Origin: Pseudomonadota bacterium
Lineage (GTDB): Bacteria > Bdellovibrionota_C > UBA2361 > OMII01
Assembly: GCA_038134595.1 (NCBI GenBank)
Contig: JAYPVM010000018.1
Span: forward strand, 1-29,054
Length of the DNA: 29,054 bases
Direction: 5' to 3'
In this document: piece by piece, positions 16,350 to 25,716 of the stretch
How the letters are laid out: every line of letters starts with the position of its first letter
Numbering within the stretch: the first letter of the stretch is position 1
The notes under the pieces: model-generated
Database searches by the model: none
Told to the model about the DNA's origin: nothing
What the model saw: the letters and a program-made list of their open reading frames with translations, nothing else
Translations under genes and position numbers: made by a program

Positions 16350-16922
16350 ATGAATTCTGGTGTAGGAAAAAAGAAGCTTTTTATCAGCAACCTTGACTTT
16401 GAAGTTACGAGCGAGCAGCTCCGAGAGCTATTCGAAGGCGTTGGACCGTGCGTTAGTGTAGTTGTAGCTGCTGACCGTGAGACTAAGCGCTCAAAGGGTT
16501 TCGCCTTCATCGAAATGGAGAGCGAGGATGATGCTAAGAAAGCTATTGAGAGCCTAAACAACCAAGCTCTTAACGGTCGTCCTATGAAGGTCTGTGAAGA
16601 TCGCGGAAAGAATTCAGGGCCTGGATCGTCAGCTGCCGAGGGTTCAGAGGGAGGTCGCAAGTTTGAGCCGCTTCCATCGATTCAGCGCATGCAATTATTC
16701 AAGCGTCGCAAGAAGATGGATCCTTTCATGGAAGATCCAAGCAAGACTATCGATTATAAGGATGTAGCTACGCTTTCAAAGTTTGTTAGTGAGCGAGGAA
16801 GAATTCTTTCTCGTAGGCTTACGGGGCTTACCGCCTACAATCAACGAAAGGTTGCTAAGGCTATTAAGCGAGCACAGAGCTTAGGGCTCATGCCTTACAC
16901 TGCTATTCAGAGCAACAAGTAA
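16350..16922 (+). CDS. rpsR: RRM domain fused to 30S ribosomal protein bS18
   Basis: N-terminal RNP2 LFISNL and RNP1 KGFAFIEM; Gly/Ser linker; C-terminal bS18 signature IDYKDVATLSKFVSERGRILSRRLTGLTAYNQRKVAKAIKRAQSLGLMPY. Confidence 0.92.
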   Translation: MNSGVGKKKLFISNLDFEVTSEQLRELFEGVGPCVSVVVAADRETKRSKGFAFIEMESEDDAKKAIESLNNQALNGRPMKVCEDRGKNSGPGSSAAEGSEGGRKFEPLPSIQRMQLFKRRKKMDPFMEDPSKTIDYKDVATLSKFVSERGRILSRRLTGLTAYNQRKVAKAIKRAQSLGLMPYTAIQSNK

Positions 16923-16944
16923 GACTCCTGCTTTGGTAACATAG

Positions 16945-16975
16945 AAAAAACCGGCCCCCAGAGGTCGGTTTTTTT
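16945..16975 (+). terminator. Rho-independent terminator, probably bidirectional
   Basis: AAAAAACCGGCC-CCCAGA-GGTCGGTTTTTTT between convergent genes. Confidence 0.85.
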
Positions 16976-17044
16976 ATCTCTAAAATTAAGTGGTCGTTCT
17001 ATGTTGCCAAGCCTTTGTCAGTCTATCGACTCACTGTTTCGGTA

Positions 17045-17404
17045 TTACTGCACAACCACTCTTAGGAAACCAAAACACACAAACGCTAGTACGGCCAACC
17101 TTGCATAATTATCAAAAACTCTCTTTAGTCTCAGTAAGATTTTCTCCGACAAAAGTGGTGAAACTGCTCCAAGAACCACTCCAATAAAAAGAACAGGACC
17201 AAGGGGATTGTGGTTAAATGCTGCTAAGAATTCTCCATGGATCATGGCCACAAATGCATGCGTCATCCCACAAAGGGGACATAGCTTTTGCGTCAACAAC
17301 CGAAACGGACAATCTATAAATGCTGGAATTGACTCAGGCGATAGAAGCGCGCTTGCCAGTAAAACAATCAGGCAAATTACTGCACAGAGCGGTTTAGTCG
17401 TCAT
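17045..17404 (-). CDS. DUF2752-like membrane protein
   Basis: CPFRLLTQKLCPLCGMTHA...AFNHNPL motif. ATG 17404 overlaps the end of the upstream gene. Confidence 0.85.
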   Translation of the reverse strand: MTTKPLCAVICLIVLLASALLSPESIPAFIDCPFRLLTQKLCPLCGMTHAFVAMIHGEFLAAFNHNPLGPVLFIGVVLGAVSPLLSEKILLRLKRVFDNYARLAVLAFVCFGFLRVVVQ

Positions 17405-18053
17405 GGCCTTGAGAAGCGCTCTCAAAAACCTGAGTTGTCATCTTATAGAGCCCTGCATAATAAATTGGAATTGTAACAAGCGCGCCAACTCCACAAGCAA
17501 GAAGACCAAGAAATGCAACACAGCCAAGAGAAAGCATCGTTATAATCGCCATGACCAGCTCGCCCCTCAATTCAGCCCATGCCTTTTTGAGGGCTCTTAT
17601 AGAATCAGACTCTCCTTTGTACACTAGATAGAGTGCTGTCGGATACAACGGGATCAATATAACGCCTGGAAGAATGCAACACAAAACGCCCAGTGTGATC
17701 AGCACCGAACATAAAACTGACGTCAAAACAGCTGGCACTAGCTTGTCTACCTGAGAAAACAGGTCTCCCAACTCTGGGTCAGCACCGGCGTCTATCTTCG
17801 ACAACGCGTGGAAGTATCCCAAAAGAAAGCAGCTAGTCACAGAGAGACTCAAAAATGTCTGCGCCAAACCAAATAAGGCTTGCACAACAGGGGCTCCATC
17901 GAGGCCACCCCCTACAAGACTCCCTAAAATATTTACTGCCGCATATACAAGTACAAAAAGCACCCCGACTAGAATATGGAAGACCAAGTTCTGCTGGAGC
18001 GCCTTCCATCCGTATGAAAAGCATTCGCCGATGTCAACACGTTTCTCAGCCAC
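17394..18053 (-). CDS. Integral membrane protein of unknown function
   Basis: GTG start after GGAG; IGECFSYGWK...LCCILPG...ALKKAW...LLACGVGALVTIP pattern with multiple TM helices. Confidence 0.85.
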   Translation of the reverse strand: MAEKRVDIGECFSYGWKALQQNLVFHILVGVLFVLVYAAVNILGSLVGGGLDGAPVVQALFGLAQTFLSLSVTSCFLLGYFHALSKIDAGADPELGDLFSQVDKLVPAVLTSVLCSVLITLGVLCCILPGVILIPLYPTALYLVYKGESDSIRALKKAWAELRGELVMAIITMLSLGCVAFLGLLACGVGALVTIPIYYAGLYKMTTQVFESASQGHDD

Positions 18054-18260
18054 AACTTTGCTCCAATAATATACCTATACACTGATACGATGCGGGTATG
18101 GCGATTAGACGTCAAGTCAATTTTAACGTTAGTAGCATCGCTACAACTTCTATTCGAAGCTAACTAGCCAATAATACTGTTGATATGCGGGCCTATCATC
18201 CTCATTCATCTCAATCGAGCTTGGTAGACTAGTAGTTCCTGTTTTAGGTATCATGTCGCT

Positions 18261-18929
18261 ATGAACAGTGAAAACGAACTCAAGCTTGCAATTTTTGATC
18301 TCGATGGAACCCTTGTTGAACTCGAGCACGAGCATTTCACGGATCAGGTAAGTGTATCTCTTAAAGCTCTCGGCATGCACTGCCCAAGCCATACTGCAAT
18401 TCGTTCAATGATAGATGGGCACGATCTCTCTCCTCTCTTTAAAGACACGAAACAAGAACGTGCTTTTTGGCAGAACTTTGATGAGGGAGAACCTCCTCCA
18501 ATGCGCGCTTTTGAGCAATCAATCAATACTATCTCCAATATCTTAGACCGCGGGATGGAGGTAGCTGTTGCAACTGCTCGGCAGGAATCTCTTGATGATA
18601 TACGGCGCAAACTGCAGCATACCGGACTACTTAACCATATCGAATTTATCTCCACGTTTTATGAAACCTCCTGGAGAGATAAAATCGAGCAATTAACTCT
18701 CGTTTGTGCCCACCACGGCATTCAGCCGTCAGAGAGCATGATGGTAGGGGATGGCCCGGGTGATATGATGAGCGCACAAGTAGTGGGTTGTAGCCTTCGT
18801 TTGGCCATAAAAAATGGCTGTACCCCGCTTGAAAGCATTTTACAATACCAGCCAGATGCCGTTCTGGCTTGCATCGGTGAAGTGCCAAAGCACGTCGATG
18901 AATATTCAAAAGTAAAGCTAGCCGTTTAG
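18261..18929 (+). CDS. HAD-superfamily hydrolase (phosphoglycolate phosphatase-like)
   Basis: IFDLDGTL motif I, AVATAR motif II, K motif III and MVGDGPGD motif IV. Confidence 0.9.
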   Translation: MNSENELKLAIFDLDGTLVELEHEHFTDQVSVSLKALGMHCPSHTAIRSMIDGHDLSPLFKDTKQERAFWQNFDEGEPPPMRAFEQSINTISNILDRGMEVAVATARQESLDDIRRKLQHTGLLNHIEFISTFYETSWRDKIEQLTLVCAHHGIQPSESMMVGDGPGDMMSAQVVGCSLRLAIKNGCTPLESILQYQPDAVLACIGEVPKHVDEYSKVKLAV

Positions 18930-19652
18930 GCGCCTAAAAGTTGCATTTAGCTCATCTCGAGAGGCGTTTCTGTTTGCTTCGGAAAAGCCAAACCCAAATT
19001 CAGTGGTCCCCTGACACAGGTGTTCAAATGCACTATCAACATACTCATCTAAAGAAACTCCGTCGTCGTGCAATCCCTTGCCACCAAGGTCAGTGTTTAC
19101 CTTGGGAGGAATCATCTCAACAACTCTAACCGATGAGTTTCGAAGCTGATGCCGAAGACTCAAAGTCCATGAGTGAAGTGCGGCCTTTGTAGCGCAGTAA
19201 TTAGGCATAAATGCTAGCGGCGAAAAAGCGAGGCCAGATGTCACATTAACTATCATGGCTTCAGATTGCGCAGTAAGGTGCGGGAGAAAAAGCTTGGTAA
19301 GACTCACGGGAGAAAAATAATTGATTCTAAACTCCTCTTCATCGCCAAGCGTATCACGTTGATCGATGATCGGCGGCACCCGACGCTGGATTCCTGCGTT
19401 GTTAATGAGCACAGAGAGATTTGGAAGTGTGTTAAGGGTTGTATCGAGCAAGCGTTTTCGCTCGTTTTCGTCTGAGACATCGCATCGTGCCGTGCTGAGT
19501 TCGGAAATCTCTTGGCGCGCTTTCTCTAACACCTCTCTTCTCCTGCCACATATCAGCACTTTGTTACCTGCGGCTACAAAGCGTTTGGCTAGTGAAAAAC
19601 CTATTCCACTTCCGCCACCTGTAATTAGAATCTCTCTGTTTCTTAATTCCAT
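18918..19652 (-). CDS. Short-chain dehydrogenase/reductase (DltE-like)
   Basis: ILITGGGSGIG, LINNAGIQ, VTSGLA and YCATKAALH motifs; start at MELRN. Confidence 0.93.
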   Translation of the reverse strand: MELRNREILITGGGSGIGFSLAKRFVAAGNKVLICGRRREVLEKARQEISELSTARCDVSDENERKRLLDTTLNTLPNLSVLINNAGIQRRVPPIIDQRDTLGDEEEFRINYFSPVSLTKLFLPHLTAQSEAMIVNVTSGLAFSPLAFMPNYCATKAALHSWTLSLRHQLRNSSVRVVEMIPPKVNTDLGGKGLHDDGVSLDEYVDSAFEHLCQGTTEFGFGFSEANRNASRDELNATFRRLNG

Positions 19653-19659
19653 TGTTCTC

Positions 19660-20154
19660 TTACACCAACAGACCAAAGATAAACACACCGATCATGGCAA
19701 TAGATATACCTACCTTGATAACGGTACCAACAAGAAGCCCCAGCCACGTTCCTAGGCCTACCTTGGTAGCCTGCGACGTTTTATTTTGCGCTATAAACTC
19801 GCCGATAAAGGCTCCGATAAACGGCCCTAAAACAATTCCTGGAATTAGAAAAAACATCCCGATAAAAGACCCTAGCGTAGCTCCCCATAGAGCTAAACTG
19901 CTTGCGCCGACTCGCTTAGCTCCTACTACCGAGGCAAAGAAATCAATCACTAAAGAAAGAACTACGAGAAGGCCCGTTATGATGAGCGTCGGTATGCCGA
20001 TAATCTCAAAATCACTCCACCAACCAATCACCGCAATGCCTGCATAGATCATCATTGTGCCCGGAACAATTGGGATAACCGTTCCAATGAGTCCTATCGC
20101 GATACACACCAACGAGATGATCCATATCGCTACCGTTACGAAATTTATTTCCAT
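19660..20154 (-). CDS. DUF456 (YqgC-like) membrane protein
   Basis: GLIGTVIPIVPG, GAKRVGAS and GPFIGAFIGE motifs. Confidence 0.9.
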   Translation of the reverse strand: MEINFVTVAIWIISLVCIAIGLIGTVIPIVPGTMMIYAGIAVIGWWSDFEIIGIPTLIITGLLVVLSLVIDFFASVVGAKRVGASSLALWGATLGSFIGMFFLIPGIVLGPFIGAFIGEFIAQNKTSQATKVGLGTWLGLLVGTVIKVGISIAMIGVFIFGLLV

Positions 20155-20164
20155 AAGAGCAATC

Positions 20165-20848
20165 TCATTGGCGTGGTTGCTGGTTATGGCCCATCTGCCG
20201 CATTAAATCCATTAGCTTTCTTCTCTCTTCCGGGCCCATGCTTTGCATTTTCCGCATCATATTTACAAACTCCGGCCGATTCATCATCTGTTGCGCCTGC
20301 CGGAACCGAGGATCGTCCGCGATTTGCTTTGCTTGCTCTGCCAACTGGTTTGCGTTAATTCTCTTCCCACCATCTCCAATAATATCACCCTCAGCCATAT
20401 CATCAGGACAGGCTCCAATACGTTGCGCCGATACAGTGATCACCTGTCGCTCACGGCCAAATAAAGGCGGAGTATATGTTGTCGTAATCTTCCCCGAATA
20501 CCTCGTCGTATGATCTCCGATAAACACACCCTCTGAGAGCATAGCACTTCCCATGAGTTGGCACTTCATTCGAGAGGTAAAACCATCGCGGCTCTTGGCA
20601 AACGAGTTCTCTTCACACGACTGCCGCAGAGCTCCTACTAGATTTAATCCCATCTGCATCATATCCTGGTCGGTGGACTTACCGACACATTGCTTCATAG
20701 TATGTGTGCGGCTACTCTCCTCTTGCGTAAGACTCATCTGCCAGAGCCCCGGGGCGCGATTAGGCATAAAGTCATCAGCATAACTTGCATCACTACCGAT
20801 GATACCAACCACTGCAATACAAATAAGAACCTTCAAAGGCTTGGCCAT
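20165..20848 (-). CDS. DUF3617-like exported protein with a Met/Gln-rich C-terminal tail
   Basis: Signal peptide, PNRAPGLWQMS, KQCV and QRIGACP motifs. Confidence 0.75.
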   Translation of the reverse strand: MAKPLKVLICIAVVGIIGSDASYADDFMPNRAPGLWQMSLTQEESSRTHTMKQCVGKSTDQDMMQMGLNLVGALRQSCEENSFAKSRDGFTSRMKCQLMGSAMLSEGVFIGDHTTRYSGKITTTYTPPLFGRERQVITVSAQRIGACPDDMAEGDIIGDGGKRINANQLAEQAKQIADDPRFRQAQQMMNRPEFVNMMRKMQSMGPEERRKLMDLMRQMGHNQQPRQ

Positions 20849-21420
20849 ATTCGTCCCTCGAAATCAAATTAACTCAGTAAAGAAGACGCCCTAAAAAAGA
20901 GAGTCCTTGGCATTCTTCCAGCTTTATCCTGTCTTGCCAGTAATACTATGGCCGTTATACGTCACAGTCACAAGACCTCTAGGAGAGACGTCTTGCCGAA
21001 AGGACAAGTATACCGTCATAGTATCACCATCTCTTAACCAGCTATAAACCTAGTTTGAGGTCCGAAGCTCAAGTGAATAGACTCTCCGCGCTGATGAAAT
21101 CTACGGCAAAGACAAAAAACTTCAGGTAAATAACAGGGCGAGTCGCGCTTATTGATGACGTTTTTTGACAGGTACGGCGCTATGTAAGAACAGGTTTTAA
21201 GTGATATAGCTAATTTAATGCAGGCCTCGATTACATTGATTACGCTCGCCGTAAACATCCCACAGCCGATAAGCACCCTGAGAAATTAGTCAGCGGAAAA
21301 TATCTCGCCCTGCGGTGGCTTGCTGGCGTCTTTAGTGTCTTCTATGCAACGCCCTATCCATGGGTCTCCTCTTACGACTTTGGTCATTGACTTATCCAAC
21401 GGCACTCAAACTACCAAATT

Positions 21421-23343
21421 CTAGAGAGCAACCTTAATCCCAGCATACCCAGCAGCGCCCATAGTGCCAAATCCGAATACCTCCTGGTACTCCTTATCGA
21501 ATAGATTATCAATACGGGCAAATACCTCAATATCTGGGTCTAATGCATACGATGCTGCTACATCGACGAGACCATAGCCTGCCAGCAACACCCGTTCGGG
21601 CGGATATGTATTAAAGTCAGTGTCATATCTTGAACTCACAACACGCCACTGTATTTGCGTGCTCAATTGTTCTATTGGCTTATAGGTAAGTGAGGTCGTT
21701 ATTTTATTTCTGGGCCTTCTTAGAAGAGATTGGCCGGTGGTTTCATTGAGCGTGTCGGTATACGTATACGAAATTCTGGCTGAAACGGCACTCGTTACAT
21801 CAAGATTTGTTGCGACTTCTAATCCCTGCGTCCGCGAGCTATCGATATTTTCTAACACAAACGTTGCCGGATTAAACGTCACTAGATTTTCATAATCAGT
21901 TCGAAAATACGTAAGCGATAGTGTCCATACATCCGGAACCACAATCTGGTCGATACCTACATCATAGCCTACGCTCCGCTCTGCATCGAGATTTTGATTG
22001 CCATAGCTTGAGTATAACTGCACTAAGGATGGTGCTTTAAACCCAGTACCGACAGAGCCCCTTAGCTTCATAGTCTCGGTCGCATGGACGGCCGGGGCTA
22101 TTTTAAACGTAGTGCGGTTTCCAAAAATAGAATGGTCGTCGTACCGCAGACCTGCATCAAGATGCATTCGGTCATCATACGAAAGCTTCGCCTCTCCAAA
22201 AATACTATTTGTCCGTGCTTGTTGGCCAAAAAGATTATCCTCATACGCTCCAAAAAGCCCGTCAGAGTAATATCTCGAATCAGCTCTCTCGGCTTGCGTT
22301 TCAATCCCTAGAAGGGTAGCCGCCCACGGTGTTGGCGCCCACTTTAGCTTTGTGCCGGCAGTGACGATGTCGCCTGAAAATTCAGAGTCTAGAACCTCTA
22401 CAGAGTTTCGGTCGGGATTGTTGATGTCCTCCAAATTATGGCGTGTATAGGCGATGTAGGCGCTCGGAACTAATTGTTGAGAGAGAAGAGTTGTAGTTAC
22501 ATCGCCCCTGGTAAAAAACTCTTCGTTTCTTATAAATCGATTTGGGTCATCTCCTCCAACGCCACCAAAGTTATCTAGATTTGTGTGGTTACGGGTGTAC
22601 CGAGTAGTATTAGTCAGGTCAATATTAGTGGTAGGCGCGAATCGAAGTCGCGTAGAGAGGGATGTATTGCTGTAATCATCGTGCTCTTTATTGCCATTGC
22701 GGGCATCCGCCGCTGATATATTTCCAACATCTTGTCGCGTGATACCAGTGGACACATCAAACAATTGACTTCCATACGAAAGATTCCCGATTTGCGTGAA
22801 AGAATTATATGCGCCCGCCTCTGACGATACCGTAGCTCTTACTCCCTCTTTTGCTTTCTTTGAGATGAGGTTAATCACACCACCCATCGCGTCTGAGCCA
22901 TAGACTGTGCTCTGTGGGCCACGGATAACCTCAATACGCTCAATGTTCTCTAAGGTAAGGTTAGCGATATTGTACGCTCGATTTGTCGTTGCTGGATTGT
23001 TTAATTCAATTCCATCGAGAAGGATGAGTGTATGCTCACTGTTTCCACCGCGCAGAAAGATCGCTGCATTGCCTCCATTTGGCCCGCTCTGTACAACATC
23101 TAATCCTGGAACCTGCTTGAGCGCTGATAATGCATTACGATACTGTCCGCTGTTTAGCTGGCCCTCAGTAAGAACACTCACTGAACTCCCCGTAGATTCT
23201 ATGGTGTCATCAAGGGATGTACCGGTAACGATAACCGTTTCGACCTGTGTTTCACTCTCTTGTGCGTATAATTGAGAGGTTTGTAAAAATAAAAGGCAGA
23301 CGCACACCGCCCCTTTTAGAGACAAAGGCTCTTTGGTATTCAT
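21421..23343 (-). CDS. btuB: TonB-dependent cobalamin receptor
   Basis: Signal peptide, TonB box ETVIVTG, plug FLRGGNSEHTLILLDG and IERIEVIRGPQSTVYGSDAMGGVINLISK, NLFDKEY; B12 riboswitch upstream. Start at ATG 23343 or 23352, not 23460. Confidence 0.9.
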   Translation of the reverse strand: MNTKEPLSLKGAVCVCLLFLQTSQLYAQESETQVETVIVTGTSLDDTIESTGSSVSVLTEGQLNSGQYRNALSALKQVPGLDVVQSGPNGGNAAIFLRGGNSEHTLILLDGIELNNPATTNRAYNIANLTLENIERIEVIRGPQSTVYGSDAMGGVINLISKKAKEGVRATVSSEAGAYNSFTQIGNLSYGSQLFDVSTGITRQDVGNISAADARNGNKEHDDYSNTSLSTRLRFAPTTNIDLTNTTRYTRNHTNLDNFGGVGGDDPNRFIRNEEFFTRGDVTTTLLSQQLVPSAYIAYTRHNLEDINNPDRNSVEVLDSEFSGDIVTAGTKLKWAPTPWAATLLGIETQAERADSRYYSDGLFGAYEDNLFGQQARTNSIFGEAKLSYDDRMHLDAGLRYDDHSIFGNRTTFKIAPAVHATETMKLRGSVGTGFKAPSLVQLYSSYGNQNLDAERSVGYDVGIDQIVVPDVWTLSLTYFRTDYENLVTFNPATFVLENIDSSRTQGLEVATNLDVTSAVSARISYTYTDTLNETTGQSLLRRPRNKITTSLTYKPIEQLSTQIQWRVVSSRYDTDFNTYPPERVLLAGYGLVDVAASYALDPDIEVFARIDNLFDKEYQEVFGFGTMGAAGYAGIKVAL

Positions 23344-23460
23344 TTGAACCATCCGTGATGTCTGGATACTATGTAAATTTTTCTCCTCTGATCCACGAGA
23401 GGGGAATGCTTCGGTGCCATACAGAATACGCAGAGAGTAAACATCTCTACGCGCTGCCAA

Positions 23461-23640
23461 GCTGATACAAGAAGGTCTTCTGGCTCTCAGGAATCTCTCC
23501 CCCCCTGCTTCTTTCTCCTTCCCACACCAATAGAAAGTGCAGTGGAGTGCTTAAAAAGCAATTTTTACTGGGTTGCTCTCCTGAATACAGCGGCGGGCCC
23601 GCGACGGAATCTCACCGTTCTTCCCTGGCGCTTGTATCAG
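23461..23640 (-). promoter_or_regulatory. Cobalamin (B12) riboswitch
   Basis: Minus strand AGGGAA-GAACGGTGAGATTCCG...GCCCGCCGCTGTA...CCACTG...GGGAAGG...GAGCCAGAAGACC (B12 box), closed by the stem CTGATACAAG/CTTGTATCAG. Confidence 0.93.
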
Positions 23641-23815
23641 GTGGTTTTGTACCATAATTACTTGTGCTCGGACAGCTATTTTGGAGCGAAGTGCTGATGA
23701 CATCCTCTGACTAAGAAGGTTTCTTGAAAAAACGGGCCTCCTGTCTAAAGGGATTAAATTCCTTCAAGCCCCTACTCTAGCAACCTTTTTGAAATTATCG
23801 TGCGTTATAAAATTC

Positions 23816-25021
23816 TTATAGGAAACGAGAAACGGCAATCGAGACAGTCATGTCGCTTAGCACATTAACGACAGAGCGAAGTCTTGCCACAAACCAATCA
23901 ACAGTCAACAGTAAGGGGATAATCTCCACTGGGAGCCCTACAGCCGTTAAAACTAACGATAACGATACGACACCCGCCTCGGGTATTCCCGCAACTCCAA
24001 TTGCCGCGGTTAGACTAATGAACGCAGCCGTTAATTGTTCCGATAGCGAAAGTTCTATGCCACAAGCCTGCGCGACAAATAAGACAGCGGCAGCTTCATA
24101 TAAGAGAATGCCGTCGTTATTAAAATTTGTTCCCACACAGGCACCAAGCCGAGATGCTGCCTTTTTGATTCCTAGGCTATCGAGAGCAGACAGCGTCACA
24201 GGTAAAGTCGCTAGGCTAGAATTTGTGCCAAATGCATAAACTACCGGCTTGTGGGCAACGTTTAAAAACTTTCGTAAAGGTATCTCTGCAACCCGGAGAA
24301 TCCACATTGAATATACAACAGACACATGAATAACAAAGCCTAGCATCACTACGCCCACATACTGAAAAAGCCCCCGAAAGGGGGAAAAACCGTGCTGGCC
24401 AACAGTTTTTGCAGTAACGCAAAATACGGCAATGGGCACTAACATTACGAGCCATAGAATTAACTGCGTTAGTATTCCATTTGCAACCTCTGTGGTCTTA
24501 CAAATTACACCGCGCATATCATTACTAGCTTTCCTGGAAAGATAGCTCCGAGTCGCAGCCCCTAGCAAAAGCGCTAAGAGCACCACACCTAAAATATTAT
24601 TTTTTACAAACGGCTCTACGATACTCTCAGGTATTATAGAACCTACAAAACTCTCAAAAGAAATCTCATGATGATAACCCCCTACAACAGATTCATTGTT
24701 AGGTTCAAACGCAGTGAACGCTCTGCCGGGTTCCAAAATGTTTGACAGGATTAGACCAATGGCCAATGCACACGATGTGTTGATTGCGATGACGCCTAAC
24801 CACCGCCTGGCTGTCTTCCATGAGAGATCGGTGGCTACCACAGCATCGAGGATACTGACAAAGACAAGTGGAACCGCCACTACTTTTATAATCTGAATAA
24901 ACGTCGCGCCCAGAAATCCTATCGCTACGATGCGGGGCCCGAATACCGTACCCGCTATTACACCCAGACACATGGCTAAAAGAATAAGAAAGGTCAGGCG
25001 AGTGTGTAGCTTATATTGCAT
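23816..25021 (-). CDS. Dicarboxylate/amino acid:cation symporter (DAACS, GltP/DctA family)
   Basis: AFGTNSSLATLP, GTNFNNDG, GVAGIP and VDWFVARLRSVVNV motifs. Confidence 0.93.
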   Translation of the reverse strand: MQYKLHTRLTFLILLAMCLGVIAGTVFGPRIVAIGFLGATFIQIIKVVAVPLVFVSILDAVVATDLSWKTARRWLGVIAINTSCALAIGLILSNILEPGRAFTAFEPNNESVVGGYHHEISFESFVGSIIPESIVEPFVKNNILGVVLLALLLGAATRSYLSRKASNDMRGVICKTTEVANGILTQLILWLVMLVPIAVFCVTAKTVGQHGFSPFRGLFQYVGVVMLGFVIHVSVVYSMWILRVAEIPLRKFLNVAHKPVVYAFGTNSSLATLPVTLSALDSLGIKKAASRLGACVGTNFNNDGILLYEAAAVLFVAQACGIELSLSEQLTAAFISLTAAIGVAGIPEAGVVSLSLVLTAVGLPVEIIPLLLTVDWFVARLRSVVNVLSDMTVSIAVSRFL

Positions 25022-25302
25022 AGCTTCTTGGGTGGCCTATTTTTAAACTATGGAAAGCATCTACTTTTGTATCGACAAAACTAGGCCTATTATCAGATGG
25101 TTATATCAGTCTTAAGCCGCATTTTAGTAGCAATCGTGGATTCTGTATACTTACTATTGGATCGATCAAGATTCCTCTTGAAAGGTTTTTTGCATCCGCT
25201 GTAGCCACACTAAAAAGCTTCTTTAGCATTTCATGGAGCTTTTAAGTGTGGTCACAACGGCTGTGATCACGATCTGTCGCCCACGCTACAAGGAGGAATG
25301 CA

Positions 25303-25548
25303 ATGCGGCACATCGAGAAGTTTTTGGAAGCCCTACGAGCAGATCGCGTATACGGATATGCGATTTTTAATCTCGTAGTAGAAAAGTCTGATTACATGAG
25401 AAAAATCATGAATCAGGCAAAGGCGAGCGACTTGTTGGCGCTCTCCTGTCTTGCCAACCTACACGGCGGACAAGTTCTGGCCGTGTTTCGGGAGGTGAGA
25501 GATGCTCGCTTTGGATCTGAAACAGAGGCCACAAGACGGGTAGCATAG
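25303..25548 (+). CDS. Small hypothetical protein, 81 aa
   Basis: Strong AAGGAGGA RBS, fills an intergenic gap, followed by a hairpin. Confidence 0.7.
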   Translation: MRHIEKFLEALRADRVYGYAIFNLVVEKSDYMRKIMNQAKASDLLALSCLANLHGGQVLAVFREVRDARFGSETEATRRVA

Positions 25549-25560
25549 AGGAGCTTTTAG

Positions 25561-25609
25561 CGAAGCCTCACCCTTGGAGACGTTACAGATCCAAGGGTGA
25601 GTGTCTTCG
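25561..25609. terminator. Perfect 12-bp hairpin between convergent genes
   Basis: CTCACCCTTGGA (25567-25578) / TCCAAGGGTGAG (25590-25601), extended by CGAAG/CTTCG; no clean U tract. Confidence 0.5.
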
Positions 25610-25716
25610 TCTTCAACAGGTTTGTGAATCTTGATTGATCTTTCTCTTTATAAAGACACGCGATCCATCCCAAGCTCAAGTTCTAGCCAGAGATTTTCTT
25701 GATCAATTATCGATAG

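Noticed and set aside
21034..21276. 80-aa minus-strand ORF in the btuB downstream gap
   Set aside because: GTG start, no clear RBS and no recognisable motif.
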